This document shows positions 46,272 through 54,610 of a stretch of DNA of 64,000 bases, in pieces. This DNA is from an uncultured Gammaproteobacteria bacterium. Its GTDB lineage: Bacteria; Patescibacteriota; Patescibacteriia; UBA9934. A program made the position numbers and the translations under genes. The DNA lies in contig CAYNYL010000002.1 of NCBI GenBank assembly GCA_964401485.1, forward strand, positions 36,452-100,451, in the 5' to 3' direction. Every line of letters begins with the position of its first letter. The stretch's first letter is position 1. The notes beneath the pieces are model-generated. The model was not told the origin of the DNA. It was given only the letters and a program-made list of their open reading frames with translations, and ran no database searches.

Positions 46272-47315
46272 ATGCGAAGAGAAGGTGGCCCAGAGCATAA
46301 TCCAACCAGCGAGGACCGAGAAAAACGCAGTAAGCTTCTTTTGCGTCTCATGACTCTCTCTAGAAATATTGAGGCACTTCACGGTCAAACAGTAGAAGAG
46401 GCTTTTGACGCCGATCATCCAGAGTTACGTCGAGAGCTTCTTAGTACACTTACAGCCGACGAGTATTTTGAGTTTATCGAAGGTATTAATGGCATACTTC
46501 GTGATAAGGAAAAAGAAGATTGGGATATGGACGGCGTTGGTGTTACGGCCGCTGGACAAGAAGTGATTGGAAAGCACATATTCCCGCACCATGAAGACAA
46601 GCGAGACATCCTTGTTAAAACTTGGGTCGCAGCTCATCAGATGAACGAAGATGGTAGAGATCTAGAAGATATCGGCATGTTGCTTGGGTCGATGCTGGTC
46701 GAGACACATCCATTCAATGACGGAAATGGGCGTACAAGTCGCCTGGTTTATTTGATGACCAAAGAGGGCTTCTCAAAGGAAAAGATTATGGCTGTTTTGG
46801 GAGAGGATGGAAGAGATGAGTTCGATATGGCTCTTCCTAAAATCTATATCGACAAACTTTTTGATCGCGAACAAGCAGATCGTAATACTCTTGGCATCAA
46901 CGGCATTCGGCCTGACGAAGAGTTACCGTACGGTCAACTCAAGTTTCCAGCTGAGGTAGACGAAGAAGTACGTGCGGATATAGTAGAAGCTGGTCGACAT
47001 GATATGCGGATTTTTACTGCTGCAATCAAGGGATATCTTTCCGAACATCCCGACATATCAGTGGAAAACATCATGAAGATGTATGGAGAGAGAAAGTTTT
47101 TACTCGTTCAAAAGCTTCTCGAAGTGCTATCCGCAGAACAGGTTTCGGAACTGGCTGCGGCCTATTGGCAGAAAAAGAAGGAATACACGGAAGGCATGAT
47201 CGATATCTTTGCCCATTCAGATAAGCCTGAATATAAGATCGAACGTGATGGTCAGGAGATGAGAATGATCGACTATTTTAAGCAGCGATTGGCTGAGGGC
47301 GCGATGCTGCTTTAG
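46272..47315 (+). CDS. Fic/Doc (Fido) family protein
   Basis: Canonical Fic motif HPFNDGNGRTSRL (HPFx[DE]GNGR); 347 aa; GC and codon usage visibly lower than flanking genes. Confidence 0.8.
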   Translation: MRREGGPEHNPTSEDREKRSKLLLRLMTLSRNIEALHGQTVEEAFDADHPELRRELLSTLTADEYFEFIEGINGILRDKEKEDWDMDGVGVTAAGQEVIGKHIFPHHEDKRDILVKTWVAAHQMNEDGRDLEDIGMLLGSMLVETHPFNDGNGRTSRLVYLMTKEGFSKEKIMAVLGEDGRDEFDMALPKIYIDKLFDREQADRNTLGINGIRPDEELPYGQLKFPAEVDEEVRADIVEAGRHDMRIFTAAIKGYLSEHPDISVENIMKMYGERKFLLVQKLLEVLSAEQVSELAAAYWQKKKEYTEGMIDIFAHSDKPEYKIERDGQEMRMIDYFKQRLAEGAMLL

Positions 47316-47455
47316 GACCAAGATTTTCTAAGGCCCTCATACTCATAAGTGCTATCGGATAAATCGCCCTCAGTTCGGTAAACAGGTAATCTGTGGAGCC
47401 AGAAAATCCATCACTTTGCGTGGTGGTTTTTCTTTCTCGTGCTAGACTGGGGAAT

Positions 47456-48193
47456 ATGCGGATGATTCTTCCTTCTCTATTAGTTGCCATCCTTGGGTTT
47501 ATTTTATTTCATGCTATTCGTACGACCCACCTTATTCGCGTTGGCACGCGACTTTCGGATCGCACTGCTCCCTATTCACGCTCTCTCCCGGGAGCTTCCA
47601 TGAACATACTTGTTGTTGGAGATAGTACGGGCGCGGGAGTTGGCGCGAGTGCCCCGGAGTTTTCGCTTGCTGGTCTTACGGCGCAACGGTACGGGGATGC
47701 ACAAATCGTGAATCGCTCCGTGAGCGGTGCTCGGGTTGAGGACGCTCTTAAACAGCTATTAGAAATCGGTGAATCAGAGTTTGATTTAGTGATGATCCAT
47801 ATAGGTGGCAATGATGCAATTCGTTTCACAGACAATCGAGAATTTGCAAAAGATTTTTCTACACTTTTGGCGCTCGCCCAAGAAAAAGGGCGTTATGTAC
47901 TCGTAACCTCCACTGGGAATATTGGGACTGTTCCCCTGTTCCCTTTTGGGACCCGCTGGATTTTTGCTCGACGAGGAAACAAAATTCGAGAAATAATGAA
48001 AGCCGAGATTGCGCGCCCTGATTCCTCGCGGGTGCGCTATACGGATCTCTGGCGCAAGCGTGCCCTAGACCCTTTTGCCCTCGAGCCCTCGAAGCATTAT
48101 GCGAAGGACATGTTCCACCCTAGCGACGCCGGGTATGCGGATTGGTTCTCGCTAATGGAGAAAGAGTTGAATGCATTTACACAACTAAAGTGA
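47456..48193 (+). CDS. SGNH/GDSL-family hydrolase with N-terminal TM anchor
   Basis: VVGDSTGAG (block I GDS), GGNDA (block III); start MRMILPSLLVAILGFILF. Confidence 0.7.
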   Translation: MRMILPSLLVAILGFILFHAIRTTHLIRVGTRLSDRTAPYSRSLPGASMNILVVGDSTGAGVGASAPEFSLAGLTAQRYGDAQIVNRSVSGARVEDALKQLLEIGESEFDLVMIHIGGNDAIRFTDNREFAKDFSTLLALAQEKGRYVLVTSTGNIGTVPLFPFGTRWIFARRGNKIREIMKAEIARPDSSRVRYTDLWRKRALDPFALEPSKHYAKDMFHPSDAGYADWFSLMEKELNAFTQLK

Positions 48194-48196
48194 CTT

Positions 48197-48622
48197 ATGA
48201 CGACAATAAACCCTTGGATCAATTTTAACGGAAATGCCGAAGAGGCGTTCACGTTCTATAAATCTGTGTTTGGTGGAGAATTTGGAAAAATGATTCGGTT
48301 TAAAGAGCTTTCGATGCCTGAATTTAGCATACCTGAGTCCGAGGAGAATAAGATCATGCTTATCACGCTACCGATCGGAATGAATACGTTGATGGGAAAT
48401 GATGTTCCGGAGATTATGGGACGGGTAAACGAAAATGAAAATAGAAGTAAGATTGCGATCAGTGTTGAGACTAAGGCGGAGGCCGAGCGGTTATTTAACG
48501 GTCTTTCGGCTGGCGGAGCGGTTGAGGGCCCGATGGGTGAAGGTCCTTGGGGATCGTTTGCCGGAATGTTTAGGGATAAGTACGGGATCGAATGGATCAT
48601 TGAATATTATCCTGCTACGTAA
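48197..48622 (+). CDS. VOC (glyoxalase/bleomycin-resistance) superfamily protein, PhnB-like
   Basis: MTTINPWINFNGNAEEAFTFYKSVFGGEF... typical PhnB/COG2764 N-terminus; 141 aa. Confidence 0.65.
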   Translation: MTTINPWINFNGNAEEAFTFYKSVFGGEFGKMIRFKELSMPEFSIPESEENKIMLITLPIGMNTLMGNDVPEIMGRVNENENRSKIAISVETKAEAERLFNGLSAGGAVEGPMGEGPWGSFAGMFRDKYGIEWIIEYYPAT

Positions 48623-48646
48623 ACAAAGGTTCACCAACACCGAGTT

Positions 48647-49414
48647 ATGGATAAAAAACTTCTTGAGTTACATCCCGACACAAAGAACTATAATAAAGCG
48701 CTACCAAAATCCGATAGAGAGATTTGCGATGTGCTCGCGACCGAGATCACTCGAAATCTAAAAGGCGCCGAGAATAAGATTTGGCATCGGCATCCGGTGT
48801 GGTTTTTGGATGGCAATCCGATTGTGGGCTACGATAAGTTGAAGAATTGTGTACGGTTACTGTTTTGGAGCGGTCAGTCTTTTAACGAGGACGGGCTGAA
48901 GAACGAAGGGAGTTTTAAGGCGAGTGAAGCGCGCTATACCGATGTTTCCGAAATCAAGAAGAAGGATCTAAAGCGATGGTTGGAAAAAGCACGAGAGATA
49001 CAGTGGGATTATAAGAACATCGTGAAACGTAAAGGGGTTCTAAAAAAGATCGTACCAGCGGAACCGTCCGAGCACCGGATCTATCGGATGAGCTTTGCGA
49101 GTGTATATCCTCTCTATGTTGCGAAGGCGGAGAAAAAAGGGCGGACGAAAGAAGAGGTTGACGAGATTATTCGTTGGCTTACCGGGTATAAGCAACGCGG
49201 GCTTGAGGCGCAAATAAAAAAGCAGACCGATTTCAAGACATTTTTTGCCGAGGCTCCCCTACTCAATCCGAATCGATCGCTTGTGAAGGGCATTGTTTGT
49301 GGTGTTCGAGTTGAGGATATTGTTGAGCCGACGATGCGGGAGATTCGCTATCTAGATAAGTTGATTGATGAACTTGCGAGAGGTAAGGCGATGGAAAGGA
49401 TTTTGCGGAAATAA
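48647..49414 (+). CDS. DUF1801 (YdhG-like) N-domain fused to DUF2200-like C-domain
   Basis: [18 protein letters not shown]...LLFWSG (DUF1801-like) then [34 protein letters not shown] (DUF2200-like); recall-based. Confidence 0.5.
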   Translation: MDKKLLELHPDTKNYNKALPKSDREICDVLATEITRNLKGAENKIWHRHPVWFLDGNPIVGYDKLKNCVRLLFWSGQSFNEDGLKNEGSFKASEARYTDVSEIKKKDLKRWLEKAREIQWDYKNIVKRKGVLKKIVPAEPSEHRIYRMSFASVYPLYVAKAEKKGRTKEEVDEIIRWLTGYKQRGLEAQIKKQTDFKTFFAEAPLLNPNRSLVKGIVCGVRVEDIVEPTMREIRYLDKLIDELARGKAMERILRK

Positions 49415-49418
49415 CACT

Positions 49419-49445
49419 GGGCCGGACCGATGCTTGGTCCGACCC
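49419..49445 (-). terminator. Hairpin following the stop of the 49-aa minus-strand ORF (weak U-run)
   Basis: GGGCCGGACC-gatgctt-GGTCCGACCC (1 mismatch); on minus strand followed by AGTGTTATTT. Confidence 0.4.
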
Positions 49446-49455
49446 GAGAAGAGGG

Positions 49456-49605
49456 CTAGTGTTGATGGAGATACATCTCAACGTCCGACGACCTGGGGTT
49501 CGTGACACATTGGTAGCTGATCACGAGAAAGAGTCCGATCGCGATTACGATAACGAGGATTTCGACCGTGTTGAGCGGTCGTTTTTCATTTTCGGGATTC
49601 GGCAT
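49456..49605 (-). CDS. Candidate 49-aa single-TM membrane peptide with strong Shine-Dalgarno (not in ORF track)
   Basis: AAGGAGG 5 nt upstream of ATG (49605); MPNPENEKRPLNTVEILVIVIAIGLFLVISYQCVTNPRSSDVEMYLHQH; hairpin after stop. Confidence 0.4.
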   Translation of the reverse strand: MPNPENEKRPLNTVEILVIVIAIGLFLVISYQCVTNPRSSDVEMYLHQH

Positions 49606-49684
49606 GTGGCCTCCTTTGGCGGATGGTACATGTTCATGGTGATATTGACAAAAACGCTATTTTCGAGTAAGCCGTCTGGCCACT

Positions 49685-49730
49685 CTCCCGCCATGTGCGC
49701 ACGTGCACACCTGGCGGGAGTTTCTTTTTA
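49685..49730 (+). terminator. Strong intrinsic-terminator-like hairpin with palindromic loop, orphan (no obvious upstream + gene)
   Basis: Perfect 9-bp stem CTCCCGCCA/TGGCGGGAG, loop TGTGCGCACGTGCACACC (itself palindromic), then TTTCTTTTTA. Confidence 0.55.
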
Positions 49731-49761
49731 CTCATGACATGATACGATTACGCTAGGTGCT

Positions 49762-50064
49762 ATGGTTGAATTTGATGCAACGATTTGGGTGTACTCGGGA
49801 GAATCGGCCTGGCATTTTATTTCTCTTCCGAAAACGATCGCGGAAGAAGTCCGGGCAAACAATTCCGGACCTCGTCGTGGATGGGGGTCGATTCCGGTAA
49901 TGGTTACGGTTGGGGCGACCACTTGGAAAACGTCGATTTTTCCCTCCAAAGAGTACGGAACCTTTCTCCTCCCGTTTAAGGCGCAAGTACGAAATCGTGA
50001 AGATATCGGTGAAGGGAGTAAAATTCATGTAAAGCTCGAGTTTACTTATGACAACAATTTCTAA
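49762..50064 (+). CDS. DUF1905-family protein
   Basis: FDATIWVYSGESAWHFISLP...VMVTVGATTWKTSIFPSKEYGTFLLPFKAQVR matches DUF1905 pattern. Confidence 0.65.
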   Translation: MVEFDATIWVYSGESAWHFISLPKTIAEEVRANNSGPRRGWGSIPVMVTVGATTWKTSIFPSKEYGTFLLPFKAQVRNREDIGEGSKIHVKLEFTYDNNF

Positions 50065-50350
50065 AGGAACCGTCCATCCACTGCCAGCGGATATGAGGCG
50101 CGCGCTTATTGGCGATACTGGGGCGTTGACTGCCTGGGAGAGTTTAACGCCGCTCGCGAGGAACGAATGGATTTGTTGGGTGACATTTGTAAAAAAGGCG
50201 GAGACACGAGCGGAACATGTCGAACGCATGGCCCAGGAATTGAAGGAGGGTAAACGGCGACCTTGCTGCTGGATCGGGTGCATTCATCGTAAGGATAAAG
50301 CAATCAGTCCGTCGATTAAATGGGTTCTAAGTAAACGAAAAAAATCATAA
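50048..50350 (+). CDS. YdeI/OmdA-family protein
   Basis: LPADMRRALIGDTGALTAWESLTPLARNEWICWVTFVKKAETRAEHVER; commonly adjacent/fused to DUF1905. Confidence 0.6.
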   Translation: MTTISKGTVHPLPADMRRALIGDTGALTAWESLTPLARNEWICWVTFVKKAETRAEHVERMAQELKEGKRRPCCWIGCIHRKDKAISPSIKWVLSKRKKS

Positions 50351-50359
50351 CCACTTTCT

Positions 50360-50752
50360 ATGCATGGATATACAACAAATATTGAAAAGCTTGCTCTAGA
50401 AAATGATCACTTTAGAAAAGTTCTTTACACGGATTCAAATTGTCAGCTTGTGCTTATGGCGCTTCTTCCTGGAGAGGATATTGGAGAAGAGGTACACGAC
50501 GTTGATCAGTTCCTGCGCGTTGAGGCGGGTACGGGAACGGTTATTTTAAACGGTGAATCGCATGATCTTGCCGATGGATCCGTCATTGTGGTTCCCGCCG
50601 GTGTGAAGCATAATATTTTAAATTCATCTTCGGGACCGATGAAGCTCTATACGCTTTACATGCCACCTCACCATCGCGATGGCGTTGTGCACCATACCAA
50701 GGCAGAGGCAGAAGCGGATTCGGAACATTTTGATGGCGGTACGACGGAGTAA
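50360..50752 (+). CDS. Cupin-domain protein
   Basis: 130 aa; two-His/Glu cupin motifs (GEEVHDVDQFLRVEAGTG; VVPAGVKHNILN). Confidence 0.7.
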   Translation: MHGYTTNIEKLALENDHFRKVLYTDSNCQLVLMALLPGEDIGEEVHDVDQFLRVEAGTGTVILNGESHDLADGSVIVVPAGVKHNILNSSSGPMKLYTLYMPPHHRDGVVHHTKAEAEADSEHFDGGTTE

Positions 50753-50755
50753 GCT

Positions 50756-51682
50756 ATGACAAAGATCCCCGTCGTGATTCTGACTGGTTTTTTAGGCGTT
50801 GGGAAAACGACGCTTCTTAAGCGTGCGCTTGAGAATTCGGGTGGGCGCAGGGTGGCACTTATCGTGAACGAATTTGGCGACGTTGGAATTGACGGCGAAC
50901 TTCTTAAGGGTGTTGCGGACAATATTGTCGAGCTCCCGGGAGGTGCGCTCTGTTGTGCGTCGGCTGGTGATACACATCAGGCTCTTGCGAGTTTGATGAG
51001 TCTTGCGAAAGAGCCGATCGAGCACGTCGTGATCGAGACGACGGGACTCGCCGATCCCCTTCCGCTCGCAAAGTCCCTTCTCTCAAGCCCGAGTTTTACC
51101 ACGCACTATCGTTTCGCAGGAGTAATCACACTCGTTGACGCAAAATTTGGGCTTACACGAACCTCGTATCCCGAATGGCAGGCGCAGGTAAGGGGCGCAC
51201 AACTTCTTGTGGTGACAAAGACCGATTTAACGGAGGGAGCGATTCCTGAGGTGCTCGAGACGCAACTCAGATCGCTTAACGAGTCCGCGCTGATTGTCGC
51301 GGATGCGGATCTCTTCTCGTTTAGCGAGCAAGAGCGGGCGATGGCATGGGTTGAACACTCAACTACCACACATGCCCATTCAACCGGAATTACCTCGACC
51401 GTCCTTACCGCGAGTCAACCGCTCGATCAGGAAAAAATAGCGCGCTTTATCGGAGAGCATCTTGTGCTGAACGGAGATCGACTCCTGCGCTACAAGGGCA
51501 TTTTTTGGCTTCATGGATTTGAAGAACGATTTGTGTTTCAAGGGGGCGGATATGAATTTGAAACGGTGCCGGATCGTCCGTGGGAGACGAGTGAAGTCCG
51601 AGAAAGTACCCTCGTTGTCATTGGCCACGGCGTGACGAAATCCGAGTTCGAACAGGCGTTTCTTGGGTGTCAGGTTGGATAA
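50756..51682 (+). CDS. COG0523 (CobW/ZigA/YjiA-like) G3E-family GTPase, putative metallochaperone
   Basis: VVILTGFLGVGKTTLL Walker A, CxCC motif (GGALCCASAGD), ETTGLADP, C-terminal CobW_C-like domain. Confidence 0.8.
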   Translation: MTKIPVVILTGFLGVGKTTLLKRALENSGGRRVALIVNEFGDVGIDGELLKGVADNIVELPGGALCCASAGDTHQALASLMSLAKEPIEHVVIETTGLADPLPLAKSLLSSPSFTTHYRFAGVITLVDAKFGLTRTSYPEWQAQVRGAQLLVVTKTDLTEGAIPEVLETQLRSLNESALIVADADLFSFSEQERAMAWVEHSTTTHAHSTGITSTVLTASQPLDQEKIARFIGEHLVLNGDRLLRYKGIFWLHGFEERFVFQGGGYEFETVPDRPWETSEVRESTLVVIGHGVTKSEFEQAFLGCQVG

Positions 51683-51702
51683 GTCATGATAAGCTTTGCC
51701 AT

Positions 51703-52203
51703 ATGAAAAAACTGACCATTGCTCTCATTGCGCTCGTTCTCGTCGCTCTTGCTGTTCTCACATTCGGTTATTTTGAAATTCAGGCATTGTTCCAAGATAC
51801 GGTTATCGATGAACCGCTTCCGGCCGAAGAGCAAATTGGCTCTCCGGACGAGCTCGCGCCTACGCAGTCTGGTGTATTCGTGCAGGGAGACTCGAGCTAC
51901 ACGATTAGCGGGGCGGCATCGGTTGTTACCTCAAGCGATGGAATCCGTACCCTTGTACTTGAAGACTTTTCCGTGACGAATGGACCGGATTTATTTGTCT
52001 ATCTTGTGAAAGGTGGCGGGACAAATCAGGACGTGAAAAATCTTGTGAAAGAGGAGCTATATGTAAACCTTGGAAAGCTAAAGGGTAACATCGGTGATCA
52101 AACCTATGACCTACCTTCGGATCTCATCATCGAGGACGGGTACACTGTCAGTATTTGGTGCAAGAGGTTCGGACGGAACTTTGGATCGGCGCTACTCGAG
52201 TAA
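51703..52203 (+). CDS. DM13-domain secreted protein
   Basis: Signal/TM MKKLTIALIALVLVALAVL; SGAASVVTSSDGIRTLVLEDFSVTNGPDLFVYLV resembles DM13 core. Confidence 0.55.
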   Translation: MKKLTIALIALVLVALAVLTFGYFEIQALFQDTVIDEPLPAEEQIGSPDELAPTQSGVFVQGDSSYTISGAASVVTSSDGIRTLVLEDFSVTNGPDLFVYLVKGGGTNQDVKNLVKEELYVNLGKLKGNIGDQTYDLPSDLIIEDGYTVSIWCKRFGRNFGSALLE

Positions 52204-52319
52204 ATCGTTTTTGGGTGTATTCTTTTTGGATTCCGTGCTACCGTGTATAGATAACAACCGGTCTATGTACGGGTATACGGAAGCGTTGTGAAACGTACGG
52301 GTGAGAATGTCGGCATGTA

Positions 52320-52481
52320 ATGACTAATTCGCGAATTTCTTTTATGTTGTGGATCATCGCCGTTGTCTTGGTTGTTTTGTGGATCCTTGGCGTTGTTACA
52401 ACGACAACGCTCGGCGGATTTGTTCATTTCCTCCTTATCCTTGCGGTCATCGTTGTTCTTGTCCGCATTATTCGCGGATAG
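52320..52481 (+). CDS. lmo0937-family small membrane protein (53 aa; not in ORF track)
   Basis: MLWIIAVVLVVLWILGVVTTTTLGGFVHFLLILAVIVVLVRIIRG matches the lmo0937 family signature (W-rich N-helix, GG, HxLL, C-terminal RG); possible alternative start at 52344. Confidence 0.6.
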   Translation: MTNSRISFMLWIIAVVLVVLWILGVVTTTTLGGFVHFLLILAVIVVLVRIIRG

Positions 52482-52546
52482 GTTGAATTCGAGCGTAAGT
52501 TCAGGTACACTCAAATCCCGTCAGTTAGGCGGGATTTTGGCTATCT

Positions 52547-53197
52547 ATGGCTACTAGATTTCTTCGTTATCTTTTCCGGTTGAGCGCTGTACTATCGATT
52601 GTTTTGGTAATCGCGCTCATCGTTCCGCTCCTTAGTGTCCGTAGCCAAAAAAAGCATGTGTTCACAAGTGTTGATGCGGTCGATTCAGCTACTGTTGGAT
52701 TGGTGTTTGGTGCCGGCTTGGTAAATTCGTCGCACCCATCGGACGTTCTCCGCGATCGACTTATAACCGCGTCAGAGCTATTCAATAACGGAAAAATCAG
52801 CACCATCCTTGTTTCCGGTGACAATCGTACCGAGCAGTATTCAGAACCGGAGGTTATGCGTAACACGCTTATAGAAGAATACGGCATCCCAGAGAATGTA
52901 ATCTACCAGGATTTTGGTGGGCGTCGTACTTATGATTCGTGCAAACGCGCGCATGATCTTTTCGGAGTCGAGCGTGCAATCCTTATTTCACAAGAGTATC
53001 ATTTGCCTCGTGCCGTTTGGACTTGTAGACGACTAGGAATAGAGTCGAAAGGAGTGTCTGCTACGAGACAGCCGTACGTTAAGGATCCGTATTACAAGAA
53101 GCGCGAAATCGTAGCTATCTATAAAGCATTTTTTGACATCTACATAAATTCGCCCATAGTTCTTGGTGGGGCGCCTATGAGCGATCTTGATCTATGA
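52547..53197 (+). CDS. SanA/YdcF (DUF218) family protein
   Basis: N-terminal TM, ILVSGDN...EPEVM...YDSC motifs of DUF218; 216 aa. Confidence 0.7.
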   Translation: MATRFLRYLFRLSAVLSIVLVIALIVPLLSVRSQKKHVFTSVDAVDSATVGLVFGAGLVNSSHPSDVLRDRLITASELFNNGKISTILVSGDNRTEQYSEPEVMRNTLIEEYGIPENVIYQDFGGRRTYDSCKRAHDLFGVERAILISQEYHLPRAVWTCRRLGIESKGVSATRQPYVKDPYYKKREIVAIYKAFFDIYINSPIVLGGAPMSDLDL

Positions 53198-53727
53198 AAC
53201 TAATCTTTCTTTACGGGCCTCCAGCGGTTGGAAAGTTTACGATCGGTACTTCCCTTTCGAAACGGCTCGGAATCCCACTTATCGACAACCATTCGATCGC
53301 AAACCCGATTGTACGACTGTTTCCTTGGGGTGACCCCGACCAGCAACGACTTACGCGCGAGTTTCGGTTGGAGTTGTTTCGGACGGCGAGTCGCCGAGGG
53401 AAGAGTTTGATTACGACGTTTGGCGGAGGCGGGATGCTCTATGATGATTTTATCCAAGAGACGGTAAAGGCGGTTGAGGAGAATGGCGGAAAGGTCATCT
53501 TTGTTCAGCTCACGGCTCCACGAGAAGTCTTGTTTGCCCGCGTCGCGAACGAATCGAGAAAGGAGAAACAAACGATCGCCTCGGAGCAAACCCTCGCACA
53601 ATTTTTTGAAGAGAAACCCGATGTGTTTTCGCGAGCGCTTGTACCTGATCATTTAGAAATCGATACGTCTAGTCAAACGATCGAGGAATTAACCACCCGT
53701 ATTGCCGAGTATGTCGAGCAAATTTGA
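53194..53727 (+). CDS. P-loop NTPase, small-molecule kinase-like (AAA_33 / shikimate-kinase-fold)
   Basis: LIFLYGPPAVGKFTIG Walker A; 177 aa. Confidence 0.55.
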   Translation: MKLIFLYGPPAVGKFTIGTSLSKRLGIPLIDNHSIANPIVRLFPWGDPDQQRLTREFRLELFRTASRRGKSLITTFGGGGMLYDDFIQETVKAVEENGGKVIFVQLTAPREVLFARVANESRKEKQTIASEQTLAQFFEEKPDVFSRALVPDHLEIDTSSQTIEELTTRIAEYVEQI

Positions 53728-54610
53728 ACTTATCATCTTTTATAAATACACCCGTGTTGAAAACCCGGTTGGGTTTATGCACTGGCAACGAAGGACGTGC
53801 GAGGAACTTGGGCTTCTCGGTCGGGTTCTTATCGCGCACGAAGGAATCAACGGAACGCTTGAGGGCACGACCGAACAAATAGCGGAGTACGAACGGCGCA
53901 TGCACGCGCAAGACGGAACCGAAGGAACGTTTGGTGATTTTTCGGACGTTTGGTTTAAGGCGAGCGAAGGGACTGGAAGCGCGTTTAAAAAGTTAAAGAT
54001 TAAAGTACGTAAGGAGATTGTTACGACGGGCCTTCCCGCCGAGGACGATATCGATCCAAATACGCTTACGGGAAAACACATTCCTCCCGAGGAATTAAAG
54101 AAATGGTTTGAGTCGGGAGAGGATTTCGAGATTATCGATATGCGTAATGACTACGAATATGCCGTTGGTCATTTCCGCGGGTCAAAAAATAGTTACATGC
54201 AAAATTTCCGGGATCTAAAAAAGATTACGCCGGAGTTTGAGGCGATGAAAAAGAAAAAAGTCCTTACGGTTTGCACCTATGGTGTTCGTTGTGAGAAGGC
54301 GTCCGGTTACCTAAAGAGCCAAGGGTTTGAAGAGGTGTATCAACTCCACGGAGGGATTGGGACCTACATGAAGGCGTTTCCTGGGGAAGATTTTAAGGGA
54401 TCGCTGTACGTTTTTGACGGGCGGATGACGGAGCAGTTTACCGACAACTACGAGGTGATCGGAACATGCGTTTCATGCAACGAGAAAACTGAGCGGTTCG
54501 GCAATTGCGCGAACACGGAATGCCATAAGCAACTGTTGATTTGCTCGAACTGCTCGACGGCGCCGCATTACTGTTCCGAGGCGTGCCGCTCCCTTAAAGT
54601 TTTGGCGTAA
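53702..54610 (+). CDS. trhO: Rhodanese-domain tRNA U34 hydroxylase TrhO/YceA (UPF0176) family
   Basis: N-terminal ACT-like (FELIIFYKYT), rhodanese active-site CTYGVRCEKASGYL, C-terminal Cys cluster (CVSCNEK...C...CSNC). Confidence 0.7.
   Translation: MPSMSSKFELIIFYKYTRVENPVGFMHWQRRTCEELGLLGRVLIAHEGINGTLEGTTEQIAEYERRMHAQDGTEGTFGDFSDVWFKASEGTGSAFKKLKIKVRKEIVTTGLPAEDDIDPNTLTGKHIPPEELKKWFESGEDFEIIDMRNDYEYAVGHFRGSKNSYMQNFRDLKKITPEFEAMKKKKVLTVCTYGVRCEKASGYLKSQGFEEVYQLHGGIGTYMKAFPGEDFKGSLYVFDGRMTEQFTDNYEVIGTCVSCNEKTERFGNCANTECHKQLLICSNCSTAPHYCSEACRSLKVLA

Noticed and set aside
49459-49737. 92-aa plus-strand ORF spanning the 49.4-49.7 kb intergenic region
   Set aside because: Ends inside the hairpin terminator, has no SD, and is antisense to a 49-aa ORF with a perfect AAGGAGG SD; judged less likely, though not excluded.
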